Source: a bacterium
GTDB taxonomy: Bacteria > Patescibacteriota > Dojkabacteria > JAKAPS01 > JAJZLI01
Length of the DNA stretch: 64,000 bases
Reading direction: 5' to 3'
NCBI GenBank assembly: GCA_027371855.1
Contig: DAHXLB010000011.1
Span: 7,459 to 71,458, forward strand
The notes beneath the pieces are model-generated. The model was not told the DNA's origin and searched no databases. It saw nothing but the letters and a program-made list of their open reading frames with translations. Of the stretch, positions 28,443-38,800 are shown piece after piece (position 1 is the first letter of the stretch; each line of letters begins with the position of its first letter). The translations under genes were made by a program, and so were the position numbers.

Positions 28443-29826
28443 CCCTATATTCTTATCCCTAAAATTCAAATTTCTCTTTTGGAATCTTTTGGTCTCACTA
28501 CTAACAATGGTGATAATACTAATAGTATTTTTTGAGACTACTAGTTATGCACTCTACTCCCAATTTGACTCTAATATTATATATAACGCACATGAAGTTG
28601 CTAATGTAGTAAATCACTCAAGTGGTCTGTCTTCTAGTAAAATAGTTAGATTTTATGATAAAAACCTTATTGGGTATTTTGTCGTTATACTTAATTCTAA
28701 TGGTAATATTGTTGAAGAATCTAATAAGTATAACTTGAATAGTAAATTTATACAGCAAGTATTTTCTGCAGTAGAAAAAAAATCTGTATCTTCAGTATTT
28801 ACACAACAAATTGGAGGTTCCGAAGTTAGGATGGTTTCTCTACCAGTATTTACTAATGGGCAACTTGATGGGGTCGTTATTGTTGGAAACTCATTTGATG
28901 TAATTAAAGAGGCTTTAAATAGACTTTTTGATGTAATGATTATGGTTGCTTTGATCTTTATTCTTCTTATATTTATTATAACTTACTATTTATCTGAAAA
29001 GGTCACACAGCCGCTATATGAAATAACATCACAAATTGTGGCAATAACAGGGTTTAATTTAAAACAAAGATTAGAAACTGAAGGTTATGAACTTGAATTC
29101 AAAGCTATGGCAGAAGAATTTAATAAACTTTTTGATAGATTAGAAGATACATTTGAAAGGGAAAGAGTTTTTATAAATGATGTAGCACATGAGATTAAAA
29201 CACCTCTTGCGATAATGAATGGGGAAACAGAACTCGCACTGAGGAAAAAACAAAGTTTGGATCAGTATGAAAAGATATTGAAAGCCAATTTATATGAAAA
29301 TACTAGAATAGCAAAGGTTATTAATGATGTTTTATCGTTGGCTAGATTAGAATATCAAACATCAATGTCAAAAAATACCAGATTTGATCTTTTGGGTGTA
29401 ACTAATGCAATAGCAGAAGATCTAAAAATACTTTCTGATGCCAAAAAATTAAGTTTTGAATACACAGTAAAAGGCAAAAATTTCTATATGTTTGGAAGCA
29501 AAGAAACTATAAGAAAATCGTTATATAATATATGCACTAATGCTTTAAAATATACAAAAAAAGGCTCTATAAAAATAATACTATATAAAAGATTAAAAAG
29601 AATATATATAGTTGTTGAAGACACTGGTGTTGGGATAGAAAGTAAGGATATAGATAAAATATTTAATAGGTTTTATAGAGGAAAGAATACAAAAAGTTTT
29701 GATGGATCTGGTTTAGGGTTGTCTTTAGCTAAATCAATTATTGAGAAAAATAAAGGTACAATATTAGTTGAAAGTACTGTTTTAAAAGGAACTAAGTTTG
29801 AAATTTCATTCCCAGAGTTTAAATGA
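28378..29826 (+). CDS. sensor histidine kinase
   Basis: It has two TM segments, the H-box FINDVAHEIKTPLA, an N-box NALKYT, and G-boxes EDTGVGI and GSGLGLSLAKSI. The true start is probably downstream of 28378, because the ORF overlaps the regulator by 65 nt. Confidence 0.85.
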   Translation: MMDIKIKLLEPLEAWVIKLRHNPIFLSLKFKFLFWNLLVSLLTMVIILIVFFETTSYALYSQFDSNIIYNAHEVANVVNHSSGLSSSKIVRFYDKNLIGYFVVILNSNGNIVEESNKYNLNSKFIQQVFSAVEKKSVSSVFTQQIGGSEVRMVSLPVFTNGQLDGVVIVGNSFDVIKEALNRLFDVMIMVALIFILLIFIITYYLSEKVTQPLYEITSQIVAITGFNLKQRLETEGYELEFKAMAEEFNKLFDRLEDTFERERVFINDVAHEIKTPLAIMNGETELALRKKQSLDQYEKILKANLYENTRIAKVINDVLSLARLEYQTSMSKNTRFDLLGVTNAIAEDLKILSDAKKLSFEYTVKGKNFYMFGSKETIRKSLYNICTNALKYTKKGSIKIILYKRLKRIYIVVEDTGVGIESKDIDKIFNRFYRGKNTKSFDGSGLGLSLAKSIIEKNKGTILVESTVLKGTKFEISFPEFK

Positions 29827-29919
29827 TGAAATTTTACTATAAATCAAGCATATGAGTATTTTATTTGATCATAATATTGCCTTTACTACAACTTAAAATA
29901 CCCTATATATATTTTTATG

Positions 29920-29948
29920 TTTACATAATACATCTCTTTATGTATAAT
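29920..29948 (+). promoter_or_regulatory. sigma70-like promoter candidate
   Basis: TTTACA (29920-29925), a 17-nt spacer, then TATAAT (29943-29948). It sits ~25 nt upstream of the TTG at 29973 and ~37 nt upstream of the ATG at 29985. Confidence 0.45.
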
Positions 29949-29972
29949 AATTTAGATCTGCCTTAATTTAAT

Positions 29973-31370
29973 TTGATTATCTTAATGTTTGATATTGATG
30001 ATGTGGTTAGACCTCGGATATGGGGTTTTGATTTTAAAACTAAACTAAATATATTTGTTCAACTTCGTAACTCATTAATCACATACCTTGATGATAGGTC
30101 TGATCTTATCTCTTATTATATACAAAAATCAGATAAAACCTTAATAAAAATTAACTTCATAAAGGTTAACCTATTACAAAAATTCTACTTTGAAAGAGGA
30201 TCTTTATATAAACCTTTCTTAATGTTTTCAGTTTTATCTATATTTGTTTTTTCGTTCTTCATGTTTTTTATGATGAATGTAAATAATGTTAAAAATAAAA
30301 GTGTGGGTGTTACAAAAGCTTATGCTATAAAAGCAAATCTTCAAAATAGCATTCTATCTGATGTAAGTTCTCAAGCTCCAGAAAGTAATTTAACTAAATC
30401 AAGTGTAAAATCCAATAATTATGCTTTGATAAATCTATATACAGTACAAAAAGGAGATACACTTCAATCTATAGCAACAAAATTTAATACGTCTTCAAGC
30501 GTTATACAATGGTCAAATAATCTTCAAATAGGATCAGTAACTGTGGGTGAGAAGCTTAATATAGTACCTGTTCCAGGGAGTACTTATACTGTACAATCTG
30601 GTGATACCCTGCAGTCTATATCAACGAAGTTTAATATACCTCCAAGTAGTATTGAGAGTTGGAATACTTTAAGTTCTGCTACAACATTATCAGTGACTCC
30701 AGGTAAAGTCATATTTATTCCTAGCCAAACATTGTCTCCTACTATTGCTGCACCATCAAATGTTAATAATATTGCCCAAAATAACCCAAATACCCCTAAT
30801 GATACAACAAATTCAGGACAATCTACTGCACTCCCAGCAGCTTCAACTACTGATACACAGCTAGCTCAGATTTCAAGTAATGTATCTTCTAAACAGCATA
30901 TAGTAGCAACTCCACAGGGTTACTATTATAATCAAGGAGACCCTGCGTGGGCTAATATAGGTGTAGGCTACAGTGGATATACAATCGGTGAGGTTGGATG
31001 CTTAATAACAGCTGTAGCAATGGATGCAAAATATTATGGTTATAACATAACACCAGCTACAATAGCAGAAAATCCAGCTAATTTTGAAGGACCTTTGTTT
31101 AACTGGAATGGTCTTGGAATATTCAACGTTACTCCCCTTGGAAGCTTATTTGGAGGTTATGTAAACTGGGCAGGGATAAACGCCCAATTAAATGAAGAAC
31201 ATCCTGTAGTTGTATCTGTTGGCTATGGATACCACTATGTGTTATTAACTCAGGTTCTCTCTAACGGAGAGTATTTGATGAATGACCCTGCCTTAGGGCC
31301 GAATTTGATTTTTAACCAACACTACTCTATATCATCAGTAACTCAAGCTGTATTGTTCACTCCTAATTAA
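29973..31370 (+). CDS. membrane-anchored protein with 2x LysM and a papain-like (C39-like) cysteine peptidase domain; putative cell-wall hydrolase
   Basis: It has two LysM repeats (YTVQKGDTLQSIATKFN and YTVQSGDTLQSISTKFN) followed by a low-complexity linker. The C-terminal domain carries Cys (IGEVGCLITAVAM), His (GYGYHYVLL) and Asn/Asp (LMNDP) in papain-like order. Confidence 0.65.
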   Translation: MIILMFDIDDVVRPRIWGFDFKTKLNIFVQLRNSLITYLDDRSDLISYYIQKSDKTLIKINFIKVNLLQKFYFERGSLYKPFLMFSVLSIFVFSFFMFFMMNVNNVKNKSVGVTKAYAIKANLQNSILSDVSSQAPESNLTKSSVKSNNYALINLYTVQKGDTLQSIATKFNTSSSVIQWSNNLQIGSVTVGEKLNIVPVPGSTYTVQSGDTLQSISTKFNIPPSSIESWNTLSSATTLSVTPGKVIFIPSQTLSPTIAAPSNVNNIAQNNPNTPNDTTNSGQSTALPAASTTDTQLAQISSNVSSKQHIVATPQGYYYNQGDPAWANIGVGYSGYTIGEVGCLITAVAMDAKYYGYNITPATIAENPANFEGPLFNWNGLGIFNVTPLGSLFGGYVNWAGINAQLNEEHPVVVSVGYGYHYVLLTQVLSNGEYLMNDPALGPNLIFNQHYSISSVTQAVLFTPN

Positions 31371-31437
31371 ATTACAATATTATTGTTATAGTATTGCACA
31401 TATAGTATAATCCTATATTATATTTATTAGTGTTTTT

Positions 31438-32778
31438 ATGGAAAGAGAAGATGTAATATATAGCGAACACAGCACTCAATTAGATATTCCAGAAGATTTC
31501 AAATTCGGAGCAGGAGTTTCTGGTATGCAGGTAGAGGGTGATGACTATAATAGTGATTGGTCTGATAATTCCCTATTTGGTAGAACTGCACAAAAAAGAG
31601 GTAGAGAAGCATCCCAAAATACAGATTATGGTAATAATCAAGGTAAAGCATTACCTCAGGAATTATGGGATAGAATCAAATCTCAAGCACAGGATCCAGA
31701 AAATTATAAAAGAGGGAGATCTCTTGGTTGGGAGGAAGGTTCGTATACAGAAGATTTAGATATAGCTCAGGATCTAGGCCTTCATATGGTGCGTACGTCT
31801 GTGGAACGCTCAAGAATAGAACCACAAGAGGGTAATTTTGATCCTAAAGCCATACTTCATTACAGACGATTTATTGAAGATTGTAGAAAGAGAGGAATTG
31901 AGCCTGTGATAACATTATTCCACTTTTCAAACCCATTATGGTTATCAAAAAAAGGGGGTTTCGAATCTGAAGGAGTTGCTCAGAATTTTGCAGATTATGT
32001 AGAAAAATTACTAAGAGCAATTGATATTAATGGAGATATAAAACACATAATTATTCTTAATGAACCAGATATATATATATTTATGGGATATCTATACGGA
32101 GGATGGCCACCAGAGAAGAAAAAAAGCTTTGTTTCTGCACTTAAAGTTAGAAGAAATTTAATTGAAGCACATAAAAGATCTTATCAAAAAATTAAATCAT
32201 ATGATGAATCTTCTCTGGTTTCAACATCTGTGAATCTTGTCCATGTAGAACCTAAGTCTAGAAGTATACAGGATAGATTAGGTGCAGAGTTGTTTAGAAA
32301 GTTAAATAATATTTTTTTGCCATCAATAAAAGGAGATATTGATTTTATAGCATTAAGTCAATATATGCACAATGTCAAGAAAGGTATAAACCCTGGTAGT
32401 GGTAATTTCCAAAATAAAGATAGTGAACCAAGGTCAGATTTAGGATGGTATCTAAACCCAGAAAGTATATACCATGTACTTATGTATTTAAAAAAATATG
32501 GGTTACCCATTATGGTTAGCGAAAATGGCCTTGCAGATTCAGAAGATAGACAAAGACCTTGGTTTTTAAGAGAAAGTATTTATCAGGTAATGAGGGCTAT
32601 AAACGATGGAGCTGATGTTAGAGCATATCTTCATTGGTCACTTGTGGATAATATTGAGCTACACGAAGGTAAGTGGCCTAGGTTTGGTCTTATTGGCTTT
32701 GATTACAATACAGGAGAGAGAACTATAAGATGGAGTGCTAGAGAATATAAGAGGATAATAGCATCAAGAAAAGTTTAA
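31438..32778 (+). CDS. glycoside hydrolase family 1 (beta-glucosidase-like)
   Basis: Contains FKFGAGVSGMQVEG, TLFHFSNPLWL, the acid/base motif ILNEPDIY and the nucleophile motif IMVSENGLAD. Confidence 0.85.
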   Translation: MEREDVIYSEHSTQLDIPEDFKFGAGVSGMQVEGDDYNSDWSDNSLFGRTAQKRGREASQNTDYGNNQGKALPQELWDRIKSQAQDPENYKRGRSLGWEEGSYTEDLDIAQDLGLHMVRTSVERSRIEPQEGNFDPKAILHYRRFIEDCRKRGIEPVITLFHFSNPLWLSKKGGFESEGVAQNFADYVEKLLRAIDINGDIKHIIILNEPDIYIFMGYLYGGWPPEKKKSFVSALKVRRNLIEAHKRSYQKIKSYDESSLVSTSVNLVHVEPKSRSIQDRLGAELFRKLNNIFLPSIKGDIDFIALSQYMHNVKKGINPGSGNFQNKDSEPRSDLGWYLNPESIYHVLMYLKKYGLPIMVSENGLADSEDRQRPWFLRESIYQVMRAINDGADVRAYLHWSLVDNIELHEGKWPRFGLIGFDYNTGERTIRWSAREYKRIIASRKV

Positions 32779-34440
32779 TTACATCTTAGCTACAGTTTTT
32801 ATACCTAATAGATCTAACCCTACTTTTATCGTTTCCATTGTTTTGTGGGACAATAAAAGTCTTGAATTTTTAATAGGATCTTTTTCTTTTAGTATATTAT
32901 ATTTTTGATATATACCATTATATAATCTTGCTATATCAAGCAAATATTCTGCTAAAACATTAGGCGATAATTTAGCATTATCTACTACATTATTAAAATG
33001 ATATAATTTTCTGAGTAGAATGATCTCTTCTTTCTCATCAAATACTAAATTCTCCTTTTTTAAAGTAATATCACTAATAAGGCTTTTACATCTTACATAT
33101 GTATACTGTAGATACGTGGATGTGTTTCCATTAAAATCAAGTAGGCTATCCCAATTAAACTGGGTGTCTCCAGAGTAATGCTTCTTTAGAATATTAAATT
33201 TGATGGCCCCTACAGCTATATTCTCAATAATTGACTGGTCTTTTATACCTCTTCCTGTCATTATACTTTCCGTCTCTTTCTCTACTTCGTTTATTACATC
33301 TTCCACAGTGATAATATTTCCTTTTCTTGTAGATAACCTTTCTTTATTTTGTAATTTTACGAATCCGTTGAATATAAGGTATATTGTTGCATTTTTTGTA
33401 TACCCAAGCATTATTGCTGCCTTAACCATTTGATCAATTGCGTGCTTCTGCTCCACCCCTATCTCATAAATTATAATGTCCTCCTTCAGAGTTTCACATC
33501 TATATTTTAGTGCAGCTAGGTCTCTTGTTGAATATAAAGTTGTACCATCAGATTTTTGTATTAGTAAAGGTACTTTTTCCCCAGTATCTATAACTACACT
33601 TCCATCATCATCTTTTTTAGCGATTTTCCTTTTAAGTGCATCTTCTATAATCTCTTTTGCAGATACTTCATAAAAACTCTCACCATGCATATTTACAAAA
33701 CTAATGTCTAGAATTTTATATATCTTTTCTATTTCTTTTATACTCCAAGATCTATAATCGTTCCAAAGCTTCATTAATTCTTTATCGCCTTCTTGTAACT
33801 TTTTAAAATATATCTTTCCTTTGTCTTTTAAACTTTCATCAGTTTCCTCTTCTTTATGGAATCTAACGTATAGCTTTAAAAGTTCCTCACTTTTATTTTC
33901 TTCTATCTTTGCAGTATCTCCCCAACTTTCCACAGCATAAAGTAGTTTTCCAAATTGTGTTCCCCAGTCTCCTAAATGATTTTCATTTGTTGTGTCATAA
34001 TTTAAGTATTTATATATTCTATATATAGAATCCCCCACTATTGTAGATACTAGATTCCCTATATGCAGGGGTTTTGCTACATTTGGAGAGGAATATTCAA
34101 CAATAACTTTTTCAATTTTCTTCTCTATGATCTCGCTTATATAAAGATTTTGGGTGAGCTTACTTTGTGGTATCCATATATTTATAAAGCCACCATCCAC
34201 AGTACATTCAAAATCTACTAGATGGGATTTTATCTTCTCTGCAATATCTTTTGGGTTTTGATTAAGTTTTTTTGCAAGTATTAGTGCTATATTAGTGGAA
34301 TAATCTCCATGGTTAATGGATGGTACAGTTATTTTAGGTATAAACTCTAGATTAGAAGTATCAATATCATACTCACTCAGTAGTATTTCTATTATTTTGT
34401 TTTTAATTTCTTCTTTCATAAGATTAAGATCCTTTATCAA
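32779..34440 (-). CDS. argS: arginyl-tRNA synthetase
   Basis: Contains VEYSSPNVAKPLHIGNLVSTIVGD (HIGH region), a C-terminal DALR anticodon-binding domain, and a terminal ...GIKTVAKM. Its stop abuts the GH1 stop with a 0-nt gap. The track start is TTG; an ATG at 34419 is the alternative. Confidence 0.95.
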   Translation of the reverse strand: MIKDLNLMKEEIKNKIIEILLSEYDIDTSNLEFIPKITVPSINHGDYSTNIALILAKKLNQNPKDIAEKIKSHLVDFECTVDGGFINIWIPQSKLTQNLYISEIIEKKIEKVIVEYSSPNVAKPLHIGNLVSTIVGDSIYRIYKYLNYDTTNENHLGDWGTQFGKLLYAVESWGDTAKIEENKSEELLKLYVRFHKEEETDESLKDKGKIYFKKLQEGDKELMKLWNDYRSWSIKEIEKIYKILDISFVNMHGESFYEVSAKEIIEDALKRKIAKKDDDGSVVIDTGEKVPLLIQKSDGTTLYSTRDLAALKYRCETLKEDIIIYEIGVEQKHAIDQMVKAAIMLGYTKNATIYLIFNGFVKLQNKERLSTRKGNIITVEDVINEVEKETESIMTGRGIKDQSIIENIAVGAIKFNILKKHYSGDTQFNWDSLLDFNGNTSTYLQYTYVRCKSLISDITLKKENLVFDEKEEIILLRKLYHFNNVVDNAKLSPNVLAEYLLDIARLYNGIYQKYNILKEKDPIKNSRLLLSHKTMETIKVGLDLLGIKTVAKM

Positions 34441-34474
34441 ATTTTAACACACACGTAGTATTTTTTATATGTTT

Positions 34475-34503
34475 TTGACTATATTTTTTATTTACCTTAT
34501 AAT
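34475..34503 (+). promoter_or_regulatory. near-consensus sigma70 promoter upstream of thyX
   Basis: TTGACT (34475-34480), an exact 17-nt spacer, then TATAAT (34498-34503). This leaves a ~110-nt leader before the ATG at 34619. Confidence 0.55.
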
Positions 34504-34618
34504 ATTTCTAATCCCCCATTGAAGAATCTAGACTCTTTTTAAATTAGTTTGGAGTTTTATTATTGCTGTAGAAATTTTAGAGGCACAACAAAGTTTTGAA
34601 AGTGAAAATCCTGTACAA

Positions 34619-36400
34619 ATGGAATTCCCTTTTGGTTATGAGGTTCCTTATTTCGTTGAAGAATTTAGTGAAGAAGAAAAGGATATATTAAGACCTTTTT
34701 TTTCTAATTTAACAGATCCAGTTTATATAATACATAATCTTCCAGAGGAGATAATTGGTGCTTTATCCTCAAGATATTCTAGATCTACAAAATCATTAAG
34801 AAGATTGTTTCTTGATGAATATATAAAGCCAATGACGCACCCAGAGGAAACTCCAGAATGGGTTCATGAGAATAATACAGAAAGGCAATCACGTTTAGAA
34901 GTAAAGGATAATATACATAAACTTATTGAATTCCTAAATTTAAGAGGTGATTTGGATAGTGTTTTAAATGTTAAAAAAGGTAGGGAGTTTTTTGAAAAAT
35001 GGTTAGCTTTGTATGGGGATGATTCTATTGCAGAGATGGGGAATCTACATATATGTGTAGAAGGTATTTCAAATATTGCAACTAATGTTATTGAGTCACA
35101 AAGGGTTGGTGTATCTCCAATCGAAAAATCTTCAAGATATGTATCTTTTTCTGAAAAAAGGAGAGATTCTAAATATCAATATGTTATTCCTGAGATTAAG
35201 GATAGAAAACTTAAAGAGGAATATATAGAGGTTATGGATGAATTATTTGATTTATATGTTACATTATCTCCTATATACCTTGAATATATAAAGGATAAAT
35301 ACCCTAAAGGTGATGATGAGACAGAGACATCATTCACTTCATCACGTTCATCAAAAAGATTTGATGATTTAAGGGATATACTCCCCTTCTCTACCCAAAC
35401 ATCATTAGCACTAAACTGTAATGGAAGAGCACTTGAAGGACTTTTAAATAAAATGATTGCATCAGATAATGTAGAGGTTGTTGCTATAGCAGATAAAATA
35501 GTACAAGAGGTCTCAAAGGTAGCTCCTTCATTTATAAAGAGAGTGAAAACAAAAAGAGGAGAGGAAGTACAATCATACAGAAGAGGCATAAGGAATTTAA
35601 GTAATAGATCCCTAGGTCTTTTATCTTCTGATTTTACTGAAACTAAAGAAAAGTCAGATGGTTTTGTAACTTTGATAGATGCAAGTTCAAATGCTGAAAG
35701 AAAAGTTTTAATATCATACCTTTATGGTGACAATAAGATACCTCTTTCTTACCAGGATATACTCAAAATAGTAAATAATTTATCTTCTGATAAAGTAGCT
35801 GAAATTTTTAAAACATTATTTGAAGAAAGAGAGCAACTTGGTAGCGAATCTACAGATGGTAATAAAATTAAACGTGAAGTGGTAAGGTTTAGAAAAGTTC
35901 CTAGGGCATTTGAAATTGCATCATACGCATTTAGCATTGTAGCAAGAGGAGGAGATTTTAGAGATTTACATAGACACAGACAGTTAACATCACAAAGAGG
36001 TGTTTTCACAACTTCTCTTGGGTATGATCTTGACCAAGATGTTATTGAGTCTCCTTTTTTTAAAGATATACAAAGAGTATTCTCTAAAGTTGAGAGTTTA
36101 TATAAAAAATTATCTTTAGAATCTTCTGAGTCTGCACAGTATGCTATTCCATATGGTTACATGCAAGAATGGTATATGAATGCTACAGCAAGAGAAATAT
36201 TTTGGATGGTCGAACTTAGAACCGGTCCTCAAGGAAGACCTCACTATAGAGAAGTAATGCAGCAAATGGCTAAAATTGTTAAAGATAGACACCCAAACCT
36301 ATTTTCAGGATTACACTGTGATTGGGCTGATTATCATATTGCACGAAGAGAATCTGAAATAAGGATTGAGAAAAAAATACGAAGTATTAGTAAAGAATAA
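34619..36400 (+). CDS. thyX: FAD-dependent thymidylate synthase, double-length (fused two-domain) ThyX-like
   Basis: The protein is 593 aa, against ~220-250 aa for canonical ThyX. The first half has GALSSRYSRS (the S-x-RY part of the ThyX motif). The second half has DLHRHRQLTSQRG (the RHR...S part). A Tmk-like gene follows. Confidence 0.6.
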   Translation: MEFPFGYEVPYFVEEFSEEEKDILRPFFSNLTDPVYIIHNLPEEIIGALSSRYSRSTKSLRRLFLDEYIKPMTHPEETPEWVHENNTERQSRLEVKDNIHKLIEFLNLRGDLDSVLNVKKGREFFEKWLALYGDDSIAEMGNLHICVEGISNIATNVIESQRVGVSPIEKSSRYVSFSEKRRDSKYQYVIPEIKDRKLKEEYIEVMDELFDLYVTLSPIYLEYIKDKYPKGDDETETSFTSSRSSKRFDDLRDILPFSTQTSLALNCNGRALEGLLNKMIASDNVEVVAIADKIVQEVSKVAPSFIKRVKTKRGEEVQSYRRGIRNLSNRSLGLLSSDFTETKEKSDGFVTLIDASSNAERKVLISYLYGDNKIPLSYQDILKIVNNLSSDKVAEIFKTLFEEREQLGSESTDGNKIKREVVRFRKVPRAFEIASYAFSIVARGGDFRDLHRHRQLTSQRGVFTTSLGYDLDQDVIESPFFKDIQRVFSKVESLYKKLSLESSESAQYAIPYGYMQEWYMNATAREIFWMVELRTGPQGRPHYREVMQQMAKIVKDRHPNLFSGLHCDWADYHIARRESEIRIEKKIRSISKE

Positions 36401-36401
36401 C

Positions 36402-37238
36402 ATGGAATTTTCACCTGAAAGATTGAATGAACAAGAAAATTTTAAAATATCTGTAATAGATGGTATTGATGGGTCTGGAAAAGGTTCTGCAACAGAGGAG
36501 ATGGCAGATGTAATTTCAGGATTAGGATATAACGTATTAACTGTAGATTATCCTCAATATGATGCCTTGTGGGGTCAAATAATACAAAAACTTTTAAATA
36601 GTGATGATACTAGTATTGATATATACTCGAGGATGGCTATATATGCATTAAATAGGTTAGAGACAGTTCCTCAACTTAAAGAACAAATTGATGGTTTCAT
36701 TTCTCCTACATATGTACTTTTTGACAGATTTATAACATCTAATGCTATGACGTGTGCTTATTACTCAAAAAGAGACCCTAAAGTATTAGATGATGTTGAA
36801 TCTTTATATAGATTTATGTTTGATTTAGACTCCACCTTTTTACAGTCACTCGGTATTTCTGATTTTCATGTTGTTGTTCCTACAATTGATCATAAAAAAG
36901 CTGTTCAGTCTGTGGAGAAGGATAGCGGGAGAAGTGGTGCTGATTTATATGAACAGGAGGATGTTCTAAGATTAGGCAATAGGATATATCGTGAATTTGC
37001 TGAACTAGACCCACAAAGATTTACTCTTCTAAATCAAGCACCTTTGGGTATAAGGATGTCTAGAGGTGAAATTGCACATGAAATTATCAAAATTCAGTTT
37101 CCCAGGATAAAAGAACGTAAAGGTTTTGTAGGTGAAATTTCTAAATTTGAGTTTAATCAGTCTAGTGTTGATACTTCCCTATTCCAAGGTATATTAGATA
37201 GATTCCCTGTATTAAAGATGATAGATCCATATAAATAG
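36402..37238 (+). CDS. thymidylate-kinase-like P-loop kinase (long form)
   Basis: The P-loop ISVIDGIDGSGKGSATEEMA resembles the Tmk motif EG-DG-GK-T. I place the start at the ATG at 36402 (MEFSPERL), 1 nt after the thyX stop. The track ORF start at 36366 lies inside thyX. Confidence 0.5.
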   Translation: MEFSPERLNEQENFKISVIDGIDGSGKGSATEEMADVISGLGYNVLTVDYPQYDALWGQIIQKLLNSDDTSIDIYSRMAIYALNRLETVPQLKEQIDGFISPTYVLFDRFITSNAMTCAYYSKRDPKVLDDVESLYRFMFDLDSTFLQSLGISDFHVVVPTIDHKKAVQSVEKDSGRSGADLYEQEDVLRLGNRIYREFAELDPQRFTLLNQAPLGIRMSRGEIAHEIIKIQFPRIKERKGFVGEISKFEFNQSSVDTSLFQGILDRFPVLKMIDPYK

Positions 37239-37329
37239 AAGGTCATATGATCTAGCCCTTTTATGACCAAGGTTCCAGGACCAAGGTCAACGTTTGAATT
37301 TATAATTTTTTTTATATAATATATATTTC

Positions 37330-38679
37330 ATGGATGAATTAATTTTTAAAGCTTATGATATAAGGGGGATTTACCCAACAGAGATTAATGAGGATATAGT
37401 TTCAAGAATAGGATATTTCTTCGTTAAATACGGTAATTTGAAGAATATATGTGTTGGTAGAGATATACGATCATCTTCCCCATCACTGTTTTCAAGTTTC
37501 ACCAAAGGGGCTATTTCTGCAGGAGCTCAGGTTACTGATATTGGTGTTATTTCTACTGATATGATGTATTTTGCTGCAGGATACTATAAATTCGATGGAG
37601 GTGCTCAAATTACAGCATCTCATAATCCTAAAGAATATAACGGAGTGAAATTGGTACTTGGTGATGTGGATCCTATATCAGGAGATAACGGGATGTATGA
37701 ATTACGTGATATGGTAAAGGATAGTCTTTCTCATGATATAGACTATTCAGATAAAATAGAAACAGTAAAGATAAATATACTGGATGATTATGTTAATCAT
37801 GTTCTATCTTTTGTAGATAAAGACAGGATGAATGGTCTAAAAGTAGTTGTAGATGCAGGTAATGGCGTGGCTGGATATGTTGTTGATGCTATATTTAAAA
37901 AACTGGACTGTGAGCTTGTGAGCATGTATTTTGACCCTGATGAGAATTTTCCTAACCATCCTGCAAATCCTATGGAGGAAGCTAATCTTCAAGATATAGA
38001 AAAAAAAGTTATTGAAGTACATGCAGATTTGGGTGTAGCTTTCGATGGAGATGCGGACAGATGTGGTTTTGTTGATAATAACGGTGTTTCTTCAACAGGT
38101 TATTTTATTACAGCATTACTTTCAAAAAATATATTGATTAAAAATCATGGAGCTAAAATAATACATGACCCAAGACAGATTTGGGCTATAGATGATACTG
38201 TCAAAGAGATGGGAGGAATACCTATAATATCTAAGGCGGGACATTCTTTTATTGCAGCTAGAATGAAAAAAGAAGATGCTGTATTCGCAGGAGAAATAAG
38301 CTCTCATTTTTATTTTAAAGATAACTTCTATTCAGATAATGGTATGATACCTATGCTAATGATGATGGAGCTTTTAAAGACTCAAAATACTACATTTTCT
38401 TCCCTACTCTCATACTATAGATCAAAATATTTTACTTCTCCTGAAATCAATTATGAGGTTTTAGATACAGAAAAAGTACTTGATGATGTTGAAAGGCAAT
38501 ATTCAGGAAATAAAGATTGTAGAATAGCACATATTGATGGTTTATCAGTGGATTTTAGTGACTGGAGATTCAATCTAAGAGGTTCTAACACAGAACCGCT
38601 GGTAAGACTTAATGTTGAAGCAAAATCCCAAAATCTTCTGGATTCACATATTGAAGAAGTGAAAAATTTCATTAAGTAA
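37330..38679 (+). CDS. phosphoglucomutase/phosphomannomutase
   Basis: Contains FKAYDIRG, the active-site serine loop ITASHNPKEYNGVK, the Mg loop FDGDADR, and GEISSHFYF. Confidence 0.9.
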   Translation: MDELIFKAYDIRGIYPTEINEDIVSRIGYFFVKYGNLKNICVGRDIRSSSPSLFSSFTKGAISAGAQVTDIGVISTDMMYFAAGYYKFDGGAQITASHNPKEYNGVKLVLGDVDPISGDNGMYELRDMVKDSLSHDIDYSDKIETVKINILDDYVNHVLSFVDKDRMNGLKVVVDAGNGVAGYVVDAIFKKLDCELVSMYFDPDENFPNHPANPMEEANLQDIEKKVIEVHADLGVAFDGDADRCGFVDNNGVSSTGYFITALLSKNILIKNHGAKIIHDPRQIWAIDDTVKEMGGIPIISKAGHSFIAARMKKEDAVFAGEISSHFYFKDNFYSDNGMIPMLMMMELLKTQNTTFSSLLSYYRSKYFTSPEINYEVLDTEKVLDDVERQYSGNKDCRIAHIDGLSVDFSDWRFNLRGSNTEPLVRLNVEAKSQNLLDSHIEEVKNFIK

Positions 38680-38800
38680 GATATTTAATAATTTGATATA
38701 TCCCTATTTGACTTCATTTATTTCCATACAACCACCCTATAGTTCTAATATCAATACTATAGGTATTGATATATTAATTCTTTTAATATAAATTATTATT

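Noticed and set aside
31538-31759. A 73-aa same-strand ORF inside the GH1 gene.
   Set aside because: It is out of frame within a GH1 region that reads through cleanly in the main frame, and it has no motif of its own.
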